DNA from: Macrostomum lignano
Taxonomy: Eukaryota
Direction: 5' to 3'
Assembly: GCA_002269645.1 (NCBI GenBank)
Contig: NIVC01002623.1
Location: 1-64,000 of the forward strand
Length of the DNA: 64,000 bases
The translations under genes and the position numbers were made by a program. A model generated the notes under the pieces. The model had not been told where the DNA came from and searched no databases. It saw only the letters and a program-made list of their open reading frames with translations. Numbering within the stretch: the stretch's first letter is position 1; every line of letters starts with the position of its first letter. Below, one piece after another: positions 24,413 to 37,265 of the stretch.

Positions 24413-26085
24413 TCAAAAGCTGCCCACAATGACCCGTGCATCAGAGTCGCAGTTCTCCTCCGCTGGACTGTATGCGGGGTTTTCCACGCCTCCATTGCTG
24501 GATGTTGTCTGGTCGGTTGGATGGATTGAGGATGGCGGCAGTGGCGCCGGTTGAGGCGGCGATCGCGGCGGCAGCGGCGGTGGCTCCGGCTGTTCGCCGC
24601 TCGCTGGCGAAGGTTGCTCCCTCCTGCGAAAGAAACGTCGAGCCCGAGTCGGTAGTGGCATCGGCGGGGCTCGGTCAGCTCTTCGTAGGCGACCGTGCTG
24701 ACTCCGCCGCTTGGACTGGCAGGGTTGGGCCTCTCGTACTCGGCATAAACCTCGGTCTTTGTCGTGTCACTCGACACTGCTACAGAGAGGGCAGACAAGT
24801 TTGCAGCCATTCGGCGATAGTAAAGAAATACAGCAACGATGGCAATGGCAGCCATGACTGTCAGGCTTGTGACGACAGACGTAGCTATGATGAGTCCAGT
24901 ATGCGGCGGTTGAGATGGAGGCTGCTGTAGCTGCCGCGCCACTGTTGGTGTCGGTGTCGCCAGCTGACGCAGTGTCGGGCAGACATCCACCTTCGCTAGC
25001 AGCTTTTCCTCCAGGCTGGCACAAGCAGCCCCGGAAATGCCAGACGGTAGAACGAACGTCGGCGGTGAGCAGATGCAGACAAACGGGTTCGCCACAAGGC
25101 TGAGCTCCTGTAGATCCGGCAGAAGTTCGCTCCCCAGACTGGGTGGCGCTTTTCGCACACAGTTACCGTCTAAGCTGAGGCGTTGCAGCATCCGTAGCGG
25201 CCACACAGCCGGCCAAACGATGGAGTCCGTGAGTCCTCTCGCACCTCCGTCATCTTCGCTGCAGTTGAGCACATGAGGATCGGAGCCAAGCTGCAGCTCT
25301 TTTAAGTTTGGTAATCGGCGCAGAATCAGTTCCCAGCCTCCGCGTGACTCAGAGTCACCATCAACCACCAGCGTCTTGGCTAGAGTCGGGGCAGTAATCT
25401 CTAGCCGTCTAAGACTACCTCCTAGTTGATCAAATGCGGCAGCCTCAATTCTGTAGAGCTGCGTTCGAGTTAGCCGCAGTGATTCCAGGGCCTTTAAATT
25501 GTAGAAATCGCTCGCTCTGATTACAGATAGGCCACCGCCAGAGACGTCAAGCTCCTGAAGCATTTCCAAACCAGCAAGCTGGTTCGGTAACGAGTCCAGC
25601 TGTCTTAGTCCAGCCATCCGGAGACGGCGCAGACGTCTCAAACCTTCCAGACCGTCGCAGGTGGAGTCGGACAGCCCCGTGCCACTGAGGTCGAGCTCCA
25701 GAAGAGTTTCTGCCGCGCCAGTCAGACTGTCTGCGGCCAGGCTCGCCAGACGGGCGTTAGCTGACAAGTCTAGCTGGCGTAGTCCGCTGGCATTGACGAA
25801 TGCGCCGCGATTCAAGATGCGGATTTGATTGCCGGCCAACAGCAGAATATGCGGCCGGAGCTCCCGGTCTAGCAATGGCGGCAACGACAGATCACAGTTG
25901 GTGCAGTCAACCTGTCGGGCGCCGGAAGACTCCTTCAGGCGGCAGCATTGGCGACTGTCTCTAAGGTTTTCGAGTGTCAAGTAGACTGTCACATCAGAGG
26001 GTTGCTGCTGCAGTTGCACAGTTGTAGCGCAGGTAACGCAAATGATGAGGATAAGAGCACTGCGATGAAAGTTCGACGACGGCAT
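24413..26085 (-). CDS. Single-exon leucine-rich-repeat type I membrane receptor (no TIR); probable 1-nt frameshift in tail
   Basis: ATG 26085 (MPSSNFHRSALILIICV, signal; the 26151 start in the track is GTG). LRR-NT (CC...VDC), multiple LxxLxLxxN repeats, LRR-CT NPFVCIC, TM LIIATSVVTSLTVMAAIAIVAVFLYY. The tail most plausibly shifts at 24666-24669 into ORF 24413-24661. Confidence 0.85.
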
Positions 26086-27084
26086 AGTGAGGGCTGGGCA
26101 CTTTTTTGGACCCTCTATGTCTCTATTTTTTGCGGCTTGTTGGTCTGCCACTTTCTTTTTTTATTGGGTATCGAATTGCCTTTGCAGTTCGGGTTACCAG
26201 CAAAGTGTCACTAGGAGAGAGAAAATCCTTTCTAAATAGCGATGTCCAGCCAAAACAATGCAAATTAATGCTAAACATCCAATGCAAATCGACCCACCCT
26301 GAGCCTTGTTTTTACTTTTTGGTTGTGCTCACTGCTTACCCCGAATGCTAATTGATGAAGCCGTTTTCCGTGTTGCTTCCCCTTTCTTCTTCCATCTGCT
26401 GCCCTGCTGCAGGAACTCTTCTACAAAGTGTACGTTTACTGGTTGTTCTTTGTTGACACTCATGGCCTCGCAGACTTTACATTCCTAGAAAATACTGTAG
26501 TTGAGCCTGGAAAACCGTAAGAAGACAGGAAACACAAGAGGAGACAGAGAACACAGGGAGACGACAGGGAGGGAAGTAGACGAGGCCCCAAAATTATGCA
26601 TGGTCCTTCTTGTATTAAGTTTTCTGACGATGTGAAATTTCGGTCTTGTAAAGTCAGGTGTCTTTCGGTCTTATGAAAGCGACCCATCATATACTCTGTG
26701 TCAGTGCTTGGCAAGAAAAGCAAGCAGGGCTAATTTCTGACTAATTTCTTAAATTAAGTGTTGTATTCTCGCTTCCAGTCCAGTGATGCTATTTCTAGAA
26801 GTCCCTGCTAGAGACGTCTCAAAGTTTTTTCAGCCAGTGGCCGGTTGCATGAGAGAGCATGCAGCCAATCAAACCCTGCCAGCACTTCGATTTTTTCAAG
26901 CGTCGTGACTCAACAATTTTTATAAAACAATGCGTCCCTCTTTTTTAAACTTACTTCCTTAAGTTTTTATTAACTACTAAATATTTCGTATTCCATAAAT
27001 ATCCTTTTACGTTTCCCTTTGGAACAAAGTTCCGGAGAAAACGACTAAAAACTGTTTCAATTACAACGCTAAAAAAGCAAGAAT

Positions 27085-27709
27085 ATGAACGCAAAACTGC
27101 TGGCGTATTTCCTCATTTTTGTTCTGATCAGTGACGGCGAACGGGTGGCCGGTTTCGATGTGAACAACATCAATAGCGTCGATGTTGGCAGCGATGGAGT
27201 CAGCGTCACCTCGGACAATGGAAATCCGTTCTATTATGACGAGTGCAGCGGCTCGCTAAGCGGCTTGAGTATTCAAACTGGCTGTCACAGACGGTGGAAG
27301 CCGCTGTTCTACGTGTGCGCAGTGGTTGGCGGAATTGCGGGACTCTTCCTCGTCACAGGCTGCTGTTGTTGCTGCTGCTGCACCTGCTGCAGATCTAAGT
27401 CAGCGACGCCCGTGAGAACCATCAACAATGTGTCTGATGCAGGTTGACTTCGGAGCAGAATTTCTGATCTAGGGGGAGCTGAGGGGTATAAGTGAAAAAG
27501 GCAAATGAGTGAGAAAGGTCCAGCTTATCTATCCAGCTTACTCATTGAGGTAGGCTGAGCTCCAATAATTTCACTCGTGCATGCAGCCTAATCTTTCAAA
27601 ATTCCAGGCAGCAGCCCAACCTCCAGTAGTGGTGATGAGCAGCGTTGCAGCTCCGTCGCAGCCTCATCTGCAGCAGCAGCAGCAGCCACCGCCTCCTCCA
27701 AAGTACTGA
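27085..27709 (+). CDS. Small type I membrane protein A (142 aa): signal, Cys-loop ectodomain, TM, poly-Cys, C-terminal PPPPPKY
   Basis: Exon 1 27085-27411 (109 codons), intron GTGAGA...TTCCAG 27412-27607, exon 2 27608-27709 AAAQPPVVVMSSVAAPSQPHLQQQQQPPPPPKY*. Confidence 0.8.
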
Positions 27710-27903
27710 TTTGAACTGTTCTAAAAAAGCACTATTAGGCTATCCTGTGCAGCAGATATTAACGCTAAATTATAGCATGTACTTTAACCTATTTATTTTA
27801 AAGCTGCAGATGAACTTTACTGCCGTATCGAAATCGAGTCGCATGCGTCACCGTGGTACTTGAGTGCATGCACATTTGGCACCTCAGTTTATACAACCAA
27901 ATA

Positions 27904-28634
27904 CTGGACACCCTTCCTCTGGACACAATCTCCTTGGACACCCTTCCTCTGGACACAATCTCCTTGGACACCCTTCCTCTGGACACAATCTCCTTGGACA
28001 CCCTTCCTCTGGACACAATCTCCTTGGACACCCTTCCTCTGGACACAATCTCCTTGGACACCCTTCCTCTGGACACAATCTCCTTGGACACCCTTCCTCT
28101 GGACACAATCTCCTTGGACACCCTTCCTCTGGACACAATCTCCTTGGACACCCTTCCTCTGGACACAATCTCCTTGGACACCCTTCCTCTGGACACAATC
28201 TCCTTGGACACCCTTCCTCTGGACACAATCTCCTTGGACACCCTTCCTCTGGACACAATCTCCTTGGACACCCTTCCTCTGGACACAATCTCCTTGGACA
28301 CCCTTCCTCTGGACACAATCTCCTTGGACACCCTTCCTCTAGACACAATCTCCTTGGACACCCTTCCTCTGGACACAATCTCCTTGGACACCCTTCCTCT
28401 GGACACAATCTCCTTGGACACCCTTCCTCTGGACACAATCTCCTTGGACACCCTTCCTCTGGACACAATCTCCTTGGACACCCTTCCTCTGGACACAATC
28501 TCCTTGGACACCCTTCCTCTGGACACAATCTCCTTGGACACCCTTCCTCTGGACACAATCTCCTTGGACACCCTTCCTCTGGACACAATCTCCTTGGACA
28601 CCCTTCCTCTGGACACAATCTCCTTGGACACCCA
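27904..28634. repeat. 30-bp near-perfect tandem repeat x~24 (TCCTTGGACACCCTTCCTCTGGACACAATC)
   Basis: Identical 60-nt lines with a single variant near 28341; source of six spurious ORFs. Confidence 0.97.
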
Positions 28635-29469
28635 TCTTCCCTTTTCCGCCTTCTTTTGATTCCTGTGGTGGAAGTAGCTGGCACGATGTACGAGTATACC
28701 GAATCGCGATTTGCTAATGACTCTTTCTTCATTGAAAATCTTGAATGCTTTTCCTAGACAGAAAGCATACAAGTAACAGCCAATTTCATATTATCAGTTG
28801 TCAATTAGTTTCAAGGGCAAGGGCATGTATAATTATTGCTTATTAACAATCAGGAAAATGCAAAAACACTGCATGAGGTAATCGCTATAGTTGCCTTAGT
28901 AAAGTAGAGGTGAGATTCTGTCTGAGTTCACCCTTTCTCGTTCTGACGACTTTGAACAACTAACAGACTCCATACGGCGTGAATGCTTAGTGGAATCCGT
29001 TGGGTAGAAAAGAAAACTTTAGGCGAAATAGTGCGGTGCATATTTGAGGCTCAGTCCCAGTGAAACAAGCAGAGCCATTTCCAGGAAATTGAGTACGAGC
29101 GTACTGCAATACTGCTGAGTACTGGATTTCTATTTCGCGATTTTTACAATGCCGTTGTATTCTAGTGCCACGCGCGTTGCAATACTAAATATTAAATATA
29201 TCCGCGATATATGCTTCGTATATTCTAAATACAGTAACTTAAATGCCCTGCAGGTTTTAAAACATTCTTGCTACCGAAATCTTCCATGGCAAAAGCTAAA
29301 AATACAAAGCACAGGCAGTCAGACAGTTACAACCTTGCGTACTACCTTTGCTCCCTTTTATAAGATAGAATCAATAATACACCTATAAAGAACCACCGCG
29401 CCAGTTCAATTCGGATCCTTATAGATACTTACTGGCAGGTAGACTTTGCGGGACAAAACAATTCACAGT

Positions 29470-29735
29470 TGACAACACCTATTAGACAATTTACAGCCAC
29501 ACCCATTACGCAATTAACAGCCACACCCATTAGGCAATTTACAGCCACATCCATTACGCAATTTACAGCCACACCCATTAGGCAATTTACAGCCACATCC
29601 ATTACGCAATTTACAGCCACACCCATTAGGCAATTTACAGCCACACCCATTCGGCAATTTACAGCCACACTCATTAGGCAATTTACAGCCACACCCATTC
29701 GGCAATTTACAGACAAACCTATTAGACAGTTTACA
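29470..29735. repeat. 24-bp tandem repeat x~11 (ACAGCCACACCCATTAGGCAATTT)
   Basis: Read directly. Confidence 0.9.
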
Positions 29736-30915
29736 GCCAAGCTATCTCCTGTGTCTCAGGCATCTCTTCTACTGATCAATTTGAGAATACTCCTATCCAT
29801 CCGAGTCTCTCCTGTGCCTCAGGTCTCTCTCATTTTCTCCAGTTTCTTCAAATCTCTCCCAGTCTCTCCCGATCTCTCTTAATCTCCCCCAAGCTCTCCG
29901 CAGTCTCCCTCGCTTTCTCTAATTTTCTTCCAGTCTTTCCCAGTGTCTCAAGCCTAGCCCTAGCGGCTCTTCTTTTCAGAATTTTTCGCTTTGTCATTTA
30001 AAAAAATTCCAGCGAAGAAGCAGTTAGTAAAATCGAAAAGTAAAAAAAGTTATAGATAGACCATAGACAAAGCTGCTCTGACTCCGGGAAAAAGACACTA
30101 ATTAGATAGGAGAAAAACATTTTTCACCTTTTTACGAGTCTACTTAAATCGTAGACGTTAATAAAATTAGCCATATAATCGCTGAAAAATTTCCAATCGA
30201 ATGGTACAAAAATGATGCCAAAATTAGTAGGCATTCAAGCTGTAGGTGAAATTTTTTATAAGGTACAGTTTTAGTTAGATTTGTTGGGCTCTACTGTATA
30301 CAAACTTTAAACTCTCGTTTCTGCAGCAGAAAATTTTTGGCAAGGACCACTGTAGTCTTTGATTTTTTGGTAGCTAGGCCTACTCACAAAAGCACTATAA
30401 AATTCGACATAAAAATGTTTCCACTAATACAATAAGACTCAAGAGCTCAGCAAGTAACATGCATTAAAGTCAACCTCATATTTAACTTTTTTCGAAATTG
30501 CATCTTAATCAACTAAAAGGTGACATATATAACGGGGGTCTTTGTCTCAAATGCAGAGCATAAAATCAATCAACGCCACGTCACATGAGGTCTTTAAAAA
30601 ATCTCAATTTCTACCAAAAATTTGCTGATAGACTATTGATAGAATATTGCGGAAACGGAGATGATACTCGTATATTAATATGCGATTGTTAAGCTATTGC
30701 AATAATATTCTGTTACTATCCATTCTCCTTGGATCTGAGAACTGCATTTCTAAACAATCGCGCAAAGGCCCTTCCAGATCCCCTTACGAGAACCCTCTAT
30801 CAGGATAAGAGATTCGACATAAAAGTTGGCGATAAAGTTTGCAGTGTATCTTCAAATTTTCGTTGATCCCCATGCGACACGTATTGACGATTTTGAGCGA
30901 CGAACAGGCTGTAAG

Positions 30916-31677
30916 TTAGAACACGGACAGGCACTCGCAAATGTACTTCCGGTTGAAAGAGCATCCGGCATCATCGACGCCAATCTTGTGACTAGAGTGG
31001 ACAGCAGCGCAGCCCTCACCAGGCAATCCGTTATTCGGCCTCCCGGGCTCCCAGACGTCGGCCCGGATGCTCTCGTTGCAGGCGTCCCAGATCCAGCCTT
31101 CCGTCTTGCCCGCAGAGCCCAGAATCTGGTGGCCACCCAGGTACAAACTCTCCACAGGAATGTTCGACACGTTCTTGATCCACATCAGGTGACGGGACTC
31201 GTCCGAGTCCAGAGCGTCCGCGAACTTCGACAGTCCGGCCTCCTGTCCGCACCGGGAGAGAGCGTCAGCCCAATTGGTCACCAGTGAGGCCGACACCTTG
31301 TATGAGGATCCGAACTGAGAGTAGTCGTATCCGGGTGGGCACAGGCGACCCGGAGCTACTCCAGGTAGCGATCTCACGTACACGGTTACTCGGTGAGTGC
31401 AGTTGGCCACTGACTGCACTCGGTGGCTGCACTTGTCGAACAGGAACAGCTTGCAGAGGCAGTCGCCATCCGGCAGCGAGAAGGCCCGGCAGTTCGGCAT
31501 CTTGGCGCAGTGCAGGCTGCAGGACTGCGGATCGCACGAGCCCCACACGGTGTGGGTGAAGCTGGACGTCACGCAGTCAGCGCCAGAGATCGGGTGGAAA
31601 GTCGCTTTCAGAGAGCCGCAAGTTGGTTCACTTTTTACCACGACACTCAGCGTCAGCAGTAGCAGCAATAGCAGCAT
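30916..31677 (-). CDS. Secreted PAN/Apple + C-type lectin domain protein, 253 aa, intronless
   Basis: Signal MLLLLLLLTLSVVVKS; CSLHCAKMPNCRAFS...C (PAN); CPPGY...NWADALSRC...WEPGRPNN...EGCA...DDAGC...YICE (CTLD). Confidence 0.85.
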   Translation of the reverse strand: MLLLLLLLTLSVVVKSEPTCGSLKATFHPISGADCVTSSFTHTVWGSCDPQSCSLHCAKMPNCRAFSLPDGDCLCKLFLFDKCSHRVQSVANCTHRVTVYVRSLPGVAPGRLCPPGYDYSQFGSSYKVSASLVTNWADALSRCGQEAGLSKFADALDSDESRHLMWIKNVSNIPVESLYLGGHQILGSAGKTEGWIWDACNESIRADVWEPGRPNNGLPGEGCAAVHSSHKIGVDDAGCSFNRKYICECLSVF

Positions 31678-34600
31678 TTCAACTGGTTGTCTGGTGACAG
31701 GAAATTTAGTTTTCTGTCGTATTACTGAGTATGTACTCGCTATAGGTCTAATGCAATATGGAAAATATCAGGTTTGAGTCCGATCAGCAACTTACAATTC
31801 AGAGTAAATGATCCAATTAGAGCCAGCAGATTCAGACACTATCCAGTGGAAAAGTATTTGTGCTTTTGTCTTCTGTAGAAAAGTGGTGGAGGAATCTTTC
31901 AAATTTTTGCTTCTAGAGCAAGAGCTAGTAGATTTGGCATTTATTGAGTTCTGAGATGAGCCCTCTCTGCGCCAGAGGCAGCAGAGGCTCCTGCGTCGCA
32001 TTTCAAACAGCATTAGTAGCGTGAAACAGGATGGGAAGAGAAAAACCAATTAATAATTTGCATTACCGTTCCAAGCTGATTCGGAGCAACTTGTGTTACC
32101 CGCTCGCATCATATGGGCTTAGGGAGATGCTCTCGGATCCCTTTTGTTACGATGGCAACGGCGGGCTGGGAGGCGATTGGGAAAAAGCGGAGCATGAGTT
32201 TACATCCATTATCCACGCAAACACCGGTGGCTCAGAAAATTGCAAATTTCTCACCGCTTTTCGGTGAGGTTGCTGCCAGCTCTTGGCATTGCCGTCTGTT
32301 TCACTTCTCTTTTCCCCATCTGAGAAGCAGAAGCCGCTCGCTCCCCTTTCTTGAAATTCTTGTTTTCCAACTTTATTCACTCTGCCTTCCATCCTCATCA
32401 ATAGGCTTCTTTTAGAGCTAAATTTATTGCGGCTGGAACCAGTTTGCTTGCTTAATGATTAATTCAGCAAAGTAAGCACCTGAATCGCTAGTTTTTACAA
32501 GCGAAGCGCGCTAGATTCCGTGTAAGCAGTGTAGAGGCATGTCCCAAATGCAGAGAGCGATTTTAAATTAGCTAGCTACCAAAAATCAACTCTATTTTCT
32601 AAAAGTGACCTACAAGCCGTCTATGATACTATAATACAAATGCGAAAATAACGATTTGGCAACAATTGGGTAAAATGAACAGCACAGAGCTCATTAGCTG
32701 ACTCCGCGTTAATTGAAGAAATAAGGCTTTGATCCTGAATAATGCGAGCCAATCATTTTTGCAGGAGGGCTGCGCGGGCACCCTGGCGAAACGCTTTCAG
32801 CGACAAAGTCTCAAGAGCGGCACTGAAGCAATTCCTCTGACTCCTGAGCTCATTAAAGCACGCACTCATACACACGCTCGCACAGGGTGGCACAGCGGGT
32901 GAACAGAACATTTCTTTGAATAGTGTGAACTGAAGCAATGCAGAGTCAAGTCGGGCCACACACATCAATTACCGAATTCATTCAAAACCCAAAAATTTCA
33001 ACCAGCTCATGCGCTTACATTTGGCCCTGGCCTAGCTCCTCGTAGTATGGCTAGCAAGCCCCAGTAGCCAAGCATTATCGTACTGACTGCGAATTGTCTT
33101 TGTTCCAACCTGCAGCCTCTCCCCCGCGTCTCTGCTTGTCCTCTGCTTGTTATCGCCACTGGAACCCAGCTTAGATTCTTTAGGCCCGAGGCTCTCGAAC
33201 TCCTAGTAAATACATGCCACACATTCAATCCAACGTCTCGTCGCAGGGATTAGCCCACGCATTTTAAATGGTTGTCTGGAGGCCGTCGATAGCGTGCAGA
33301 GTGAATGTACTATATTAATTTTAATTCTCGAATATTTTTACTTGTTTGTTTATAATAGGATGGTTGTGTCGCTGACCAAACAGAAAAAATGTAGCGGCAA
33401 AATCCTGGTTATTACACAGGGAAACAGCGAATTCCAGCGCGCTGTTTTAGGTGGTCAATATGAAATCAGTTCCATGTCATTTTGTGACTTACCTTTGCCC
33501 GTCGAATTTGATTCTGTGAGCTAGAAGGCGTGAGGGCACAAGGCAGGCCCAATCAAAGATTTGGTTGGATCAGGATCCATGGAGGAGGTGCTACACAAGT
33601 GGGCGCAAGTTTTTAATCCGGTTTCGCATCATCTGATATTGTTTTCAATTGCCTCTTGCTAGGCCTGATACAGTTTCCAACATACGAGCGTAATACTGCA
33701 TGCACCTTAACATGTTCTTCATATCTAGCACTCCACTATCTAGGCTTAGAATAATCTTAAGAGTATGGAATGCTAAGGAATTAAGTGACTCGTACAGGGG
33801 CATTGTCCAAGTACCTTTGCTGCTTGCATTCAAGAACGTTTATTTACTGCCGTAAGATCAGGGGTAAATTCCAAGCTGATACTGTGTGAGCACAAATTGT
33901 CCACCGAAGCAGGGACATGAGCATGCAATTGCCAAGAGCGTACTCGTACTTTCAATTTAATTCTGATTTCTCATATTCTAAAAATCGAGTGAACCCCTAG
34001 AGATGCCAGCTGTTGCAGGAAGAACGGTTTATTATAGTTTAAACTAAGTTCAGTCTGAAGTTTCAGATCTTTAGAAACCGCATGTAGTACATGCATGTAT
34101 AGTGCGTGCCAGTAGGCTGAGTCAAGAGAGTGCTGTTCACCTTTAAGGTGAAATATACAGTTAAAATGCTTCCCAAAATTATATCCCACAAAAAGATCTC
34201 GATTTTTATTGAAGAATCTGTTCGATTTTACTGAGGAGTGAGGACAGCCTAATCAGAGTTAATGAGATGGTGCCAACCATGGAGCATAAAATTGTCCTAG
34301 ACTTTCCAGCCATAAAAATACTCGTAATAGAGGATATAGATGTTGCAGAATCCTCGGGATAATATACTGCAGGCATGATTTCCAATGGCTTCAAAAAACC
34401 GGTCTATGACGCCCGGCCAGTGTCCCTGGGTTTTAGGTAGGGCAAAGCAGAGAATTCAGAAACAGTTGTGGTACCACAAGTTTAACCTCAACTTTGATCT
34501 CCCATAATCTCAACTTGCTTTTTGATGCCTATAGACATCGACAAAGAGGAAACAGCTGAGGGACATGACTGATCACACAGAATTAACAGGGAAGTAAATG

Positions 34601-34689
34601 TACTTTCGTACAAGGAAATATAGAGATAGCAGGTGAGCACAAGGAGCGGATTGTAAAGGCCAAAAGATGAGAGAAGTACGAGCAACGTA

Positions 34690-35330
34690 CGAAAGCTGCT
34701 GTGTCAACAAGGATGGCCTATCGCCAATCGGACTTCTTCGAGAGAACTCTTCGGGTGTTCCAGGGAGATACGCCGGTTGCTGCTTGTTCTGGTGCTCGAC
34801 TGAATTCCGGACAGGCTGATTGCTGTTGCTGCGAGCGTCGGCCTGGTGGTAAACACGCACAAGACCGTCGCACTGCGTGTCGGACAACATAGAGGCTGTA
34901 CTATTGTGGTGAGGCGCTGACTGACAGGCGATGGAACTTCTGTGATGTCAACAGTTTGTCTACCTCGGTAGTCTGGTTCCCAACGTCTGCGAAGATCCGA
35001 GGCGTCCCATAGGCTGGCTTGCCTGGGCTGTTCTGCTAAGGTTGTCCTGCAGTCTGAAGCCCACCTAACCGCGGCGTTGTTCCGGAAGGTGGTCGAGACT
35101 GTCCTGCTGTACAATGTTGAGACTTTAACGCTGACAGACTCGCTGGAACAGAAAGTTGATGCCACGCACGCACGCCACCTTCAAGATCGGCGACGAGCCA
35201 GCACTCTGACGCTGCGATACCTGCCGTCTGAGCGACCTTCTGCGCCGAAAACACGTACTAACCACAGCCAGTGCAGCTGATGCGTCGACTGCCTGCCTGC
35301 TGGCTAACACCGGCGTCTGCTGCATTTGCA
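34690..35330 (+). mobile_element. Decayed RTE-clade LINE reverse transcriptase fragment
   Basis: Frameshifted motifs VFQGDT (~34755-34771), AASVGLVVNTHKT, FVYLGS (~34958), FRKVVETVLLYNVETLTLT (35080-35136). Confidence 0.65.
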
Positions 35331-35805
35331 TAACAGACCTAAGTTGCACCCTGACACGCTGATCTTGTTTTATAAGCCATAAACGACAGCGCATTTTGTT
35401 GCTTTGTTGCACAACAAAAACCAATCAATTATTCAGTTGGTAAAATAAAACAGATTGCGCTCGTAGAAAACAAAAACGCGCACTTGCAAAAGTTTGAAAA
35501 CAACTTGGTTGTTTATTAAAATTTTCCTCAATTGTGACGTATTTTTAGCCGCTCGTCTACGTATAGAACGGTAAGGAATTCCGGTTATGCAAGACTGCAC
35601 CAATCAATAACAGTAAAATTCACGTTACAGATAAAAAATAATGTTTAACTACGGGCTTCCGAGTAACAAGGATTATACCGGTACATTATGTTTTAGCTTG
35701 AAAAAAAGTACAATACGAGTATTTAATTAATTATAAACATTTTAAAGCTTGAATAAAGTGCAGTTGAGTAAAGTGCAGGATTCACCCAGTTCGGATGCCA
35801 TCAAT

Positions 35806-36937
35806 TCAGGCCTGCAGCATCGGAGCATCATAGCTGGGCCGAGTGACCACGACATGGCTGGTCTGGTTCATCACCTGGAATGAGGAGAGTGGAGCAGCCC
35901 GTTGTCTGACTGGTTCAGCATGTGATTGAGCTGGGTCTGGCAGTGACTGAGCTGGGTCTGTTTAGACAGTGACTGAGTAGGATCTGGTCTGACAGTGACT
36001 GAGTAGGGTCTGGTCTGACAGTGACTGAGTAGGATCTGGTCTGACAGTGACTGAGTAGGGTCTGGTCTGACAGTGACTGAGTAGGATCTGGTCTGACAGT
36101 GACTGAGTAGGGTCTGGTCTGACAGTGACTGAGTAGGGTCTGGTCTGACTGACTGAGTAGGATCTGGTCTGGCAGTTATTGAGTAGGGTCTGGTCTGGCA
36201 GTGACTGAGTATAGGGTCTGGTCTGACAGTGACTGAGTAGGGTCTGGTCTGGCAGTTATTGAGTAGGGCCTGGTCTGGCAGTGACTGAGTATAGGGTCTG
36301 GTCTGGCAGTGACTGAGTAGGGTCTGGTCTGGCAGTGACTGAGTATAGGGTCTGGTCTGGCAGTGACTGAGTATAGGGTCTGGTCTGACAGTGACTGAGT
36401 AGGGTCTGGTCTGACAGTGACTGAGTAGGGTCTGGCAATGACTGAATAGGGTCTGGCAATGACTGAATAGGGTCTGGCAATGACTGAATAGGGTCTGGCA
36501 ATGATTGAGTAGGGTCTGGTCTGGCAATGACCTGAGTAATTGGGTCTGGAAGTGACTGAGTAGGGGTTGGCAGTGACTAAGCGGAGGGGTGAAGCACCCC
36601 AGAGGCGCACCGGTCGGTAGACGGTGCGGTTCTTCCTGCAAGGCGCGCAGCAGCAGCAGCAGCAGCAGGAGAGCAGGAACAGGGCCAGGAGACCTCCGGC
36701 GGCGATGCACACGTAGAACAGCGCCTTCCAGACCCGACGGCAGCCGGTGTCGATGCCCTGCGTTGACACGCCGGCTTTGCACATCTCGTAATAAAACGGG
36801 TTGCCATCGTCTTTCTTAACCTCGATGCTGGCGCCGCTCTTGCCCATATTGAAGTTGATGCCGCTGCCATCGCTGGCGACACCGCTGGCCAGCAGGGCCA
36901 GGACAGCCAGGGCGCAGATATTGAGGCGGCAGAGCAT
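35806..36937 (-). CDS. Small type I membrane protein B (131 aa), paralogue of 27085-27709
   Basis: Exon 1 36937-36611 (109 codons), intron GTGCGC...CTCCTCATTCCAG 36610-35875, exon 2 35874-35806 VMNQTSHVVVTRPSYDAPMLQA*. Shares DxGNPFYYxxC...TGCxRxWKxLFYVC...GG...LFL..C7 with protein A. Confidence 0.8.
35930..36570. repeat. Intronic ~26-bp minisatellite (GAGTAGGGTCTGGTCTGACAGTGACT)
   Basis: Fills the intron of protein B. Confidence 0.9.
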
Positions 36938-37199
36938 GGCGTTTCAGACTGCCAGATGCGGGAGCGGTTATGCAAATATTTTTAGAATTTCAAATCGATT
37001 TTGGGCCAAACACTTAGCAACATAAATAGAACTTGGTACTAGGGCTGTGCACACACATCCCTCCCTCTCTTGCCATTTGCCACTTTTATTAGCGAGCACA
37101 ATTATTTTAACTCATTGATGCTATTTGGCTATTATGGTCTTGCTTTGCCACCAACCAGCGACAGACGAAATTATGCAGACTGTTATTAGGGGGGCCGTA

Positions 37200-37265
37200 G
37201 GCCCGTAGCCCAGTGGTCCAGCGCGGCGTCCGATGTGCCAGCGGCCCAGGCTCGATTTCAAGTGC
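37200..37265 (+). mobile_element. Possible tRNA-derived SINE head
   Basis: GGCCCGTAGCCCAGTGGT (A-box-like) ... GGCTCGATTTC (B-box-like); cloverleaf not complete. A similar B-box-like GGCTCGATTTT occurs near 3542. Confidence 0.3.

Noticed and set aside
27798-28772. Six long ORFs (e.g. RGRVSKEIVS, DTLPLDTISL repeats)
   Set aside because: Pure products of the stop-free 30-bp tandem repeat; no signal peptide, splice context or unique domain.
33480-34420. Protein-like decayed frames on the minus strand
   Set aside because: Interrupted in all frames; no family assignable by eye.
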